A DNA stretch of 64,000 nt, taken from the IMG/VR virus record IMGVR_UViG_3300028048_002144. One strand, given 5' to 3'. This document shows, piece after piece, positions 20,330-27,613 of this stretch (positions are counted from its first letter, which is position 1; every line of letters begins with the position of its first letter). Source of the DNA: a virus (taxonomy: Duplodnaviria; Caudoviricetes). The notes below the pieces were generated by a model. It saw only the letters and a program-made list of their open reading frames with translations. It was not told where the DNA came from and ran no database searches. The position numbers and the translations under genes were made by a program.

Positions 20330-20524
20330 TTATTGTAAAAAATACATAATTAAAATTGAAGCTCCAAACAATATAAAAGCTTTAAGCATAGCTTGTATAC
20401 TATCAATTTTTCTTTCATCTTTTGTATTTTGATAAGATAAATAAGGAATAAGTCCTTTAAATACAAAATAAACCATTGAAATTGATGTACCTACTATTGC
20501 TGATATAAATAAAATAGTTTTCAT
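20330..20524 (-). CDS. Small membrane protein
   Basis: 64 aa, two TM segments, RBS. Confidence 0.55.
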   Translation of the reverse strand: MKTILFISAIVGTSISMVYFVFKGLIPYLSYQNTKDERKIDSIQAMLKAFILFGASILIMYFLQ

Positions 20525-20568
20525 TTTCTTTTCCTCTTTTAATAAGCATTAAGATAAATACATTTAAA

Positions 20569-20657
20569 AGTAGGTGATCGGAATCGAACCGATGATCTAT
20601 AAATAAGACGTACAGTTTTGCAGACTGCCTTCTCGAACCAACAGAGAATTCACCTAC
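20569..20657 (-). tRNA. tRNA with GCA (Cys) anticodon and long variable arm
   Basis: GTAGGTG/CACCTAC acceptor, U73, GCAGT-CTGCAAA-ACTGT, ~18-nt V region, GGTTCGATTCC. Confidence 0.85.
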
Positions 20658-20835
20658 ATATATAATTATTTTTCTTTGGTAGTTTGCAATATTGGATATT
20701 TGTTCTAGGTTTAGGGCATTGTTCTAATGGTTTCCATTTGAAGCTATCCATTAAATATCCTAGAACACATTGCATTTCGTATTTGCTACAAGGACTAGAT
20801 TCAAGTGCTCTACATCCATCACATGATTTTTTCAT
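20650..20835 (-). CDS. Small Cys-rich protein
   Basis: SCDGC..C..C..C; stop codon overlaps the tRNA 5' end. Confidence 0.55.
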   Translation of the reverse strand: MKKSCDGCRALESSPCSKYEMQCVLGYLMDSFKWKPLEQCPKPRTNIQYCKLPKKNNYICR

Positions 20836-20837
20836 AA

Positions 20838-21134
20838 TTATCCTTCTTTACTATCTATCCATATAAGTGTAGCTGGAGCAATTACCAGATAAAATATTGC
20901 AATTTTACTAAGAGTTTTCGGTATCAACAAAAAAATTTTCGGAATTAAAAAGAAACACAATAGATCAATAAGATAAAGTCCTGCTATCATGCGTGGAACA
21001 AATCTTTTTGCATGTTCTTCCATTTCATGTTCAGCCTCTCCAATCTTTGTAGTTTTCTCTTCTGGAGAAAGTTCTTCATTAGTTATTGTGCTTGTCACTT
21101 TTGTTGCAAACTTCATATATTCCTTGAGAAACAT
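20838..21134 (-). CDS. Membrane protein
   Basis: 98 aa, C-terminal TMs. Confidence 0.6.
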   Translation of the reverse strand: MFLKEYMKFATKVTSTITNEELSPEEKTTKIGEAEHEMEEHAKRFVPRMIAGLYLIDLLCFFLIPKIFLLIPKTLSKIAIFYLVIAPATLIWIDSKEG

Positions 21135-21155
21135 TTCTTTACTCCCTATTAAAAT

Positions 21156-21488
21156 CTACCAGCCTATTGTTAATAAATCCAAGCATGTTTCATTATCATG
21201 TGTAAATTCTTGATATCCTACTACAATCATTTCCGGATCATAAGAGTCATAGTCTAAAGGATTAATCTTTCCATTTTCGATTTTAAACACACCACAAAAA
21301 CCAAACACATTTGACCATCCAGGAATTTTACTTACATCATGTAACTGGATTACAGCATATTTATCCGAAAATAAATCTGTTTTATCAAACTCAGTTGGCT
21401 TTTCTAAAAATGAAAAATCTTTATAGTCATCAGTATTTAATACACGTTGTTTAAGTTTTTCAAAGGTTTCTTTTTCATTCATTATCAT
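21156..21488 (-). CDS. Hypothetical protein
   Basis: 110-aa ORF, operonic. Confidence 0.6.
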   Translation of the reverse strand: MIMNEKETFEKLKQRVLNTDDYKDFSFLEKPTEFDKTDLFSDKYAVIQLHDVSKIPGWSNVFGFCGVFKIENGKINPLDYDSYDPEMIVVGYQEFTHDNETCLDLLTIGW

Positions 21489-21784
21489 GCCTCAAAACAA
21501 TTTTTATTAGTTTTTGTTTCTGGGTTTTCTGCTAATATTGAATCAAGAATTACTACTCGTGTTCTTTTGGTTTGTTGTCTAAATTTTTCTAAATCACGAT
21601 CATCACTAACAAAATATGTATCTGTGTAATTACACTCTAACTCTCTTTTAACAACATCAGAAACAGATTCATATTGCTGACGTTTTGCGTATCGCAAAAA
21701 TGCTGCTTTAGCAGCTTCGAAAAAGGGATCTCCTTCTTCTTTTTTAGGCTTAAAAAGATTTTTTATACAAGATAATACTTTCAT
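21485..21784 (-). CDS. Hypothetical protein
   Basis: 99-aa ORF, AAGGAG RBS. Confidence 0.6.
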   Translation of the reverse strand: MKVLSCIKNLFKPKKEEGDPFFEAAKAAFLRYAKRQQYESVSDVVKRELECNYTDTYFVSDDRDLEKFRQQTKRTRVVILDSILAENPETKTNKNCFEA

Positions 21785-21823
21785 ATTTTCATTCTCCTTA
21801 TAAATTCAATTATGTTTCTAACA

Positions 21824-22120
21824 TTAATTGTCCTGTAATAATATAATAAGATTTTTCAGAGCTTCTTCTGGAGTATTGCCTTTACCGATAATATAATCGT
21901 TTACATCATGGTCAGGATCATTTCCTTCCCAAAAGTTTTGGCATTCAACATCTCCTGCATCAACAGGAAGTTCAAAAAATATATATGATGGAGATAGATT
22001 AAACGCAAGAAAGCAAGCTCCCGAATATGCTCCACCATATCTGTCTTCGATAATGCAAAGAGGACATGGTATTTTTAAATTTATAAGTTCAGATGATTTC
22101 TGGTTTAAATCTTTATTCAT
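21824..22120 (-). CDS. Hypothetical protein (start MNKDL at 22120)
   Basis: AAGGAG RBS before 22120; the longer track ORF runs through tRNA-His. Confidence 0.6.
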   Translation of the reverse strand: MNKDLNQKSSELINLKIPCPLCIIEDRYGGAYSGACFLAFNLSPSYIFFELPVDAGDVECQNFWEGNDPDHDVNDYIIGKGNTPEEALKNLIILLQDN

Positions 22121-22143
22121 ATTTTCGTTCTCCTTATAAAAAG

Positions 22144-22229
22144 GGTGAAGGAGGAGACTCGAACTCCCACGAGCATTACACTCGGCAGATCCACAATCTG
22201 CTGCGTCTTCCAATTTCGCCACCAACACC
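22144..22229 (-). tRNA. tRNA with GTG (His) anticodon, G-1:C73, Leu-like D arm and long variable arm
   Basis: G-GTGTTGG..TGGCGAAATTGGAAGACGC..GCAGA-TTGTGGA-TCTGC, V-arm CGAG..CTCG, GTTCGAGTC; two U.U acceptor mismatches. Confidence 0.85.
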
Positions 22230-22232
22230 CTA

Positions 22233-22307
22233 TTGCAGAACTGGGAGTCGAACCCAGTATCTCGAGATTATGAGACTCGAATGGTATATCCGTTCCACTC
22301 TTCTGCC
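22233..22307 (-). tRNA. tRNA-Met(CAT), initiator-like and divergent
   Basis: CTCATAA loop, unpaired 1:72 (G/A), A73; lacks the GGG:CCC anticodon stem. Confidence 0.75.
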
Positions 22308-22345
22308 ATGTTATAAAATTATTACAACTAGATTTAGGAAGGTCT

Positions 22346-22416
22346 CTCCCCAGTACAGGACTCGAACCTTGATTTCTTCGTTTCCAAAGTGTTCTACCGA
22401 TTGAACTAACCGGGGA
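22346..22416 (-). ncRNA. tRNA-like RNA with a GAAA tetraloop instead of an anticodon loop
   Basis: 8-bp acceptor TCCCCGGT/ACTGGGGA, D arm GTTC-AATCGGTA-GAAC, stem CTTTG-GAAA-CGAAG, GGTTCGAGTCC. Confidence 0.75.
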
Positions 22417-22441
22417 TTCGCCTTCCATGTCTAATTGTTTA

Positions 22442-22514
<73 letters not shown>

Positions 22515-22638
22515 CTATTAATAATTAATGTCTACGGTCCGAAAACGCCTCGTCTGCAGCCGATACCTTTTATACTGAAATAACAGTTTAAGCATGGCCA
22601 AAAACTGTGCAAACGTATACACAAGGAATAGACAGTAG

Positions 22639-22711
22639 TGATTCCTGCGAGAATCGAACTCTGCATCTTAGCCTTGAAAGGGCTATGTCATAACCATTAG
22701 ACCAAGGAACC
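22639..22711 (-). tRNA. tRNA-Glu(TTC)
   Basis: TAGCC-CTTTCAA-GGCTA; one-base bulge in T stem. Confidence 0.92.
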
Positions 22712-22821
22712 ATGACTCGTTGTTTAGCTAATTTTTAAGTGGACAACGATAACCACTCGCACTAAATTGTAAAACATAAAGTTTCATTTAATAATTCAAG
22801 TTTAGCCTACTTGTTTATTTG

Positions 22822-23823
22822 TTATCTATCGTCTCCGATATCAAAATCGTCCATAGAATCCGAGATATCTTTTTCCTTTTTGATATTCGGTTCTGGCTTT
22901 TTGTAACATATATCTCCACGTTCTAAATGTATTTCTAAAGCGTGATCCAAAATACGTTCTTTTCTTTCTTGTATCATTGTCTTATAAAAATTCTTACGAG
23001 TATCTGATATGATAGGTGTCTCATCAATGATTTTATTGATTTTATCCATATCAATATTTGGAACGATTTTCGCAATTGCTCTTACACAATTAATATCATC
23101 ACTTGAATTAAGCATCTCGTGATAAGTGTATTTTTCTGCATGCTTAATGTCATCTGTTTTTAATAGTGCTGCTTTAGGAAAATCGTACATTCTTCTATCG
23201 ATTTCTTCCCTGCTACTTAGAATTTTTTCAAATGCCTTTTCAGCCAATCCAGGATATAAAGAACTACCACAATCATAAACAGGTGCTAAACGAATTGTTC
23301 GTTCTTGTTCATTAACAAGATATCCCCAGTTCCCCTTATGGCGATCAAAATTGCCAATCAAAGCATCTGCAACAAATGTATCCCAATACCTAGCTATCGA
23401 TTCATCTCTAATTACGGATAATAGAGATCGATCTATGGTTCCATATATTTGATTGTATGTTGGTATGCGACCAATCTCGTTTTTTCTATATACAGTACGC
23501 ATAAACCAATCGAACTCCTGAAGCTTTTCACCTGGTTGTACAAAGTCTTTACATGCAACAACCGGTTCATCCTCATACACACCTAATAAAGTATCGTGTG
23601 TTGGTAATCCCAAAGATCCTACTATATGGCTACCAATGTATTCTGAGAATACGCTGTTTGAGGTGCTTGTTGTCAAATCATTAATCTTTTGTTTTTCATC
23701 GGCAAATTTAAGCATATAATGTTCGCCATTATAAATGATTGATTTCTTAGAATCTGAACCACCATAATCACGCAAACCTTGTTGTGCATATGTAAAATCA
23801 ATGATTTGTTCCATATATACCAC
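22822..23823 (-). CDS. HipA/CtkA-family Ser/Thr kinase
   Basis: YGGSDSK P-loop, YMLKF, SEYIGS, DALIGNFDRHKGNWG, LAPVYDCGSSL. Confidence 0.88.
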   Translation of the reverse strand: MVYMEQIIDFTYAQQGLRDYGGSDSKKSIIYNGEHYMLKFADEKQKINDLTTSTSNSVFSEYIGSHIVGSLGLPTHDTLLGVYEDEPVVACKDFVQPGEKLQEFDWFMRTVYRKNEIGRIPTYNQIYGTIDRSLLSVIRDESIARYWDTFVADALIGNFDRHKGNWGYLVNEQERTIRLAPVYDCGSSLYPGLAEKAFEKILSSREEIDRRMYDFPKAALLKTDDIKHAEKYTYHEMLNSSDDINCVRAIAKIVPNIDMDKINKIIDETPIISDTRKNFYKTMIQERKERILDHALEIHLERGDICYKKPEPNIKKEKDISDSMDDFDIGDDR

Positions 23824-24064
23824 CTCTACAGTAATAATCTTTTAAAGCTTCTTGTTGTTCTCGTGTCAAATCGATATCATATGAATTAATATCCGAACGA
23901 AGATTGTCCATGTAACAATCTGGAAGCTCGCCACCACTGTTTAAATACTCTAACAATTCATCGATATCTCTTTGAATCAAATACGGAATATTAAAATCGA
24001 ACTTCTTTGCATAATACATATATTGTGCTCCTTTTAAATATGTATATCTTTTTATTTGAAACAA
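23798..24064 (-). CDS. Small protein overlapping the kinase start; putative antitoxin
   Basis: AGGAG RBS before MYYAK (~24019); overlapping two-gene unit. Confidence 0.55.
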   Translation of the reverse strand: MFQIKRYTYLKGAQYMYYAKKFDFNIPYLIQRDIDELLEYLNSGGELPDCYMDNLRSDINSYDIDLTREQQEALKDYYCRGGIYGTNH

Positions 24065-24138
24065 AATAACGTTCCATATAATTAGTATAACATTATCATT
24101 TCTACATTATTTACAAAAATAGATTCGATTTAAAGGAA

Positions 24139-24195
24139 TAGCGATAACCGGATTCGAACCGATACCTTGCAAATGCACCATTACACCATATCGCC
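24139..24195 (-). ncRNA. Minimal tRNA-like RNA lacking the anticodon arm
   Basis: GGCGATA/TATCGCT acceptor, TGGTGTAATGGTGCAT D arm, 9-nt linker TTGCAAGGT, ATCGG-TTCGAAT-CCGGT T arm; 57 nt. Confidence 0.7.
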
Positions 24196-24422
24196 ATCAG
24201 ACCGTTTTTAGTCGCCTTTAAAGTTTAATCTCAAAGGATCTCTTGAGTGCGTGATCAAACTCTGTGTCTTTTAATGCCCTATAGGCTCTGTTCTTTAATG
24301 CCCTGTAGGCATGATACTATGATAGGTTTATGGTCTCTTATCCCCGACCTCTCGGATATGTTTAAAGTCTCTAACCCGACTAATTTTGAATCGTCCACTA
24401 AAGCAGGACCTCTCTAATTTTA

Positions 24423-24767
24423 TCAACTATTTTTAACTAGGATATTCTTCATAAAAATATAGTCATTCAAAAAATCTTGTATTTTAGCCTTAACCTTTAT
24501 TGATCCTAGAGTATCTTTCGTTCTATTCATTGTTGAAAATACTAAATCTCTTCTTTTTACATCATCATCAATAAAATAACGGGTATCACAATGAAGAGAA
24601 TTACAAAGTAGTTCTAAATCAAAAGTATTAATTTCTTCGTAAGCAAGTTCATTAGCAATTAGTTTCTTAATTACATCTTCATCTACAAAAGACTCTTTAG
24701 ATAAAATAGAACAATCAATATTCAACATATTCATTCTTTTACGCAATTCATTACCAATGTACTTCAT
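24423..24767 (-). CDS. XRE-like HTH protein
   Basis: IGNELRKRM..LSKES.VD..I..L..LCNSLHC pattern. Confidence 0.55.
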   Translation of the reverse strand: MKYIGNELRKRMNMLNIDCSILSKESFVDEDVIKKLIANELAYEEINTFDLELLCNSLHCDTRYFIDDDVKRRDLVFSTMNRTKDTLGSIKVKAKIQDFLNDYIFMKNILVKNS

Positions 24768-25012
24768 ACGTAAACTCCTATTTAACTATGCTTACAAAAG
24801 ATATCAAAAATATTATTTATCGTGTTTTAGATGATAGAATTTTCATCCAAATCAATCTATATGTATGAATTAAAGACTCTGTGTATTCTTGCATTTCTTT
24901 TAGAATTTTTGGATCTTCAATATGCTTAGGATACCCATATTTTGTTGCATTTAAAAACAAGTGTATCTTAACGTATTTCTCTCGTATTTTTAATTCTTCC
25001 TCAGTCGTATGG

Positions 25013-25198
25013 TTACCAATATGTATTCCATACTGACCAAACTATTATTTTTAACCAAAACGGAACTTTTTTCATTTCTTGAATCATTTCTGGGTGATCT
25101 ATAATATAAATAATTTTACATTTCTCAAGATAAATACGAATAAGAATAAGAATAAGAATTACTATAATTGCTCCAATTGTAATAATAGTTTCATTCAT
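25013..25198 (-). CDS. Small membrane protein (start MNETII)
   Basis: AAAGGGAAG RBS; the longer track ORF overlaps tRNA-Trp. Confidence 0.5.
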   Translation of the reverse strand: MNETIITIGAIIVILILILIRIYLEKCKIIYIIDHPEMIQEMKKVPFWLKIIVWSVWNTYW

Positions 25199-25231
25199 TA
25201 TTGCAATATCTTCCCTTTCTAAAACACTGAG

Positions 25232-25315
25232 CAGGCGTGGAGAGATTCGAACTCTCAGTATCCTTTCGGAGTCATGGTTTTGGAGACCACTGCTGTTCCG
25301 TTGAGCCACACGCCT
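25232..25315 (-). tRNA. tRNA with CCA (Trp) anticodon and long variable arm
   Basis: AGGCGTG/CACGCCT, G73, GTGGT-CTCCAAA-ACCAT, V-arm TCC-GAAA-GGA. Confidence 0.88.
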
Positions 25316-25370
25316 ATAAATAAGTATCAATATTAAGCAATTGTCTAAAATACGAGGTCTCAATACATCA

Positions 25371-25455
25371 GGAGCGTTGCAGGGAATTGAACCCTAAACT
25401 AGTATTTTCCTTCGGCTCAGAACCGCTGTGCTATCCGTTACACCAAACAACGCTC
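25371..25455 (-). tRNA. Atypical tRNA-like RNA, possible CTG (Gln) anticodon
   Basis: 8-bp acceptor GAGCGTTG/CAACGCTC, D arm GTGT-AACGGATA-GCAC, weak CGG-TTCTGAG-CCG arm, extended central region, GGTTCAATTCC. Confidence 0.6.
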
Positions 25456-25552
25456 ATATAGGTAATTTAGGCATTTTGCCAGGGTTTTATGTTGCCAGAT
25501 GCCTCCATCTTAGCGCAATCTTAAAACCACAACCTATTTACCCACATTTTAA

Positions 25553-25636
25553 CGCAGTATCCAGGACTCGAACCTGGAAACCATTTCTGGATGCTTGATT
25601 AGTAGTCAAGTGCTGTACCAATTGAGCCAATACTGC
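25553..25636 (-). tRNA. tRNA-Ser(ACT), A34 anticodon
   Basis: GCAGTAT/ATACTGC, G73, CTTGA-CTACTAA-TCAAG, V-arm CCA-GAAA-TGG. Confidence 0.88.
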
Positions 25637-25803
25637 ATAATTAATGCAGCTCCTCTTGTCTCGAACCTTTACAGATAGGAAAGTTAGCTATTCTTTCGTT
25701 CGTCTGTTTTCCCCAGATCAAATATGCTGGTCTGTCAGGGGACTCAAGGATACTGCTTTAACTAGGTCGTAATGCCTAAAATACGAGGTCACAATGCCCC
25801 AAG

Positions 25804-25875
25804 CGACTCTACTGGGAATCGAACCCAAATCTTCGGATAGACAGTCCGACATAATAGCCGTTATACCATAGAGCC
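25804..25875 (-). tRNA. tRNA-Asp(GTC)
   Basis: TCGGA-CTGTCTA-TCCGA, G73. Confidence 0.93.
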
Positions 25876-26137
25876 ATAGTGCCTACCAATTCACATTATC
25901 ATACATGGGGGGAGGTTCAAATATGTATGAATATGCTATAAGCTCGGCTTTGCTTCCATTTCAAAAGGAGAATTCTAATAATGAAAATAAACGCAGTAAA
26001 CTATAAACAAAATGAAAGGGGAATACTAAAACAAACACAAAAAAAGTGAATGGTATTTAGTAAACATGCGCTTATTCTATTATTAGAGTGCATCTAATGG
26101 GATTCGAACCCATACTCTATTGCTAGAAAGGGATTTT

Positions 26138-26823
26138 CGTACCACTATATCTTTCAATACCCATCTGTGTATATGGTTTGTGGTCTGGAATCAATCTTTG
26201 CCCACTACTAAAAGTGTTGGGGCAGGACATGTATATTCTCTACGCACTCACTTAATAGTGATTGGCACGGTATTGCTACTAGGAAAAGTTTCACCGTTTA
26301 GTGTCCATTCAGCGTAAATATTCCTATTTACCTGCTCATGCTTACCAGAGTAATTCAACTTCTTTTAGTCTGTTTTCCATTCGATATAAAAGTTTATAAC
26401 TATGACTACCTACTTTTCCTGAACATGATTTACTACAAGTTAAATAACGTGTTCTACCACGATTTATATCAACATAAAATCTTGTCCATTTATCGCTTTT
26501 CATAACAAACTTAGCACCACAAATAATACAGGTTTCAATTGTATCTTTGTATTTTCTAGAATGTTGTTTTTGATGCTCACCATGAACTAAAATTTCTAAA
26601 TTAGATAAATCATTATTATCTGGGTTTTCGTCTTTATGATGAACATCTTCTTCTGGCTTTAATGGCCTGCCTAGCTTCTTCGCCATTAAAATTCGAGGAT
26701 ATGAAATTACATGTGGTTTGCCATTTTCATCTACACAGTAAGCTCTCCACCTGCCATCCCTGCATTTGTAAGCTTTTTTAATAAAAAGATCCATATGCTA
26801 TCCTCTCTAAGGCCTTACTATCT
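26138..26823 (-). mobile_element. Group I intron (tRNA-Leu UAA site, IC3-like) carrying an HNH ORF
   Basis: Follows U34, ends in G; P/Q/R/S-like blocks AAACGGTGAAAC, AATACCGTGC, GCGTAGAGAAT, AAGATTGATTCCA. Confidence 0.88.
26342..26794 (-). CDS. Intron-encoded HNH homing endonuclease with C-terminal Zn finger
   Basis: LGRPL..EDVHHKDENPDNNDLSNLEI..H..H; CIICG..CSKSC. Confidence 0.9.
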   Translation of the reverse strand: MDLFIKKAYKCRDGRWRAYCVDENGKPHVISYPRILMAKKLGRPLKPEEDVHHKDENPDNNDLSNLEILVHGEHQKQHSRKYKDTIETCIICGAKFVMKSDKWTRFYVDINRGRTRYLTCSKSCSGKVGSHSYKLLYRMENRLKEVELLW

Positions 26824-27109
26824 AAGTCCCTCGTGTCTGCCAGTTCCACCATAGATGCATATTTGTCTACTTAAAGAACCATTAGAAATGTAGACTTTAT
26901 TCTTTTTAATATAAGGATTTATGTTAATCGTACTACCCTATATTTGGAACCTGGTCAAAAATAAATAATAGATCAAAATAATAATAATATTGGTTAGTTA
27001 ACCTTCGTCTCTAATTCTGTTTGTAAATCTTCTTAAACCCATATCATAAGTCTTCCTTTCTGTAGCCTATTTTTTATTAATAAAATGAGTTTAATGCTTC
27101 ATTTTTTAA

Positions 27110-27181
27110 CAGCCCATACTGGATTCGAACCAGTGCATCAGGGAGTCAAATTCCCCTGCCTTACCGCTTGGCTAATGAGCT
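27110..27181 (-). tRNA. tRNA-Gln(TTG)
   Basis: AGCCAAGCGGTAAGGC D arm, GGGGA-ATTTGAC-TCCCT, G73. Confidence 0.93.
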
Positions 27182-27354
27182 AGATTGTGGGGTTTATCAA
27201 ACCCCACATGTAAAGATTGAGTTATCTCAAAAAAATAATGAGATAAAGGGTAGGTAGGATTTCTACCATGAAAGAAAGTATAAAATCAACATTGAGATAT
27301 CAAAAAGTATCAAAAATATATCTCGAACTATAGTGAAATGGATACTTTTTATAG

Positions 27355-27428
27355 CGGATTCGCCAGGACTCGAACCTGGGACATCATGATTAACAGTCAT
27401 GCGTTCTAACCGACTGAACTACGAATCC
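27355..27428 (-). tRNA. tRNA-Asn(GTT)
   Basis: Canonical cloverleaf, CATGA-CTGTTAA-TCATG. Confidence 0.95.
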
Positions 27429-27613
27429 ATACAGGAAACATCACTTTGATAAATGACGTTTCCAGGACATCCTTCTACAACATGGTAGACGATTATTCGA
27501 GGATTTTGATACCGCAGTTCCACAACTGCGTACAACAAACAGAAAGGAAGGTGACGTTACGTGAAGTGCGACCCCTATCTGTCTATTGCATTAAATTGTA
27601 AGAGACAGAGTGT

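Larger units (their letters stand above)
26089..26858 (-). tRNA. tRNA-Leu(TAA) split by a group I intron (exons 26824-26858 and 26089-26137)
   Basis: 5' exon GCATCTATGGTGGAACTGGCAGACACGAGGGACTT plus 3' exon AAAATCCCT..GGTTCGAATCCCATTAGATGCA rebuild AGGGA-CTTAAAA-TCCCT. Confidence 0.9.

Noticed and set aside
22093-22428. ORFs 22093..22404(+), 22117..22428(-) and the 5' extension of 21824..22228
   Set aside because: They overlap tRNA genes; shadow ORFs
25390-25425. Hammerhead ribozyme core in the atypical tRNA-like RNA (CTGA..AAA)
   Set aside because: Lacks the full CUGANGA and GAAA plus stem III arrangement
26120-26317. 65-aa plus-strand ORF
   Set aside because: Antisense to the group I intron core
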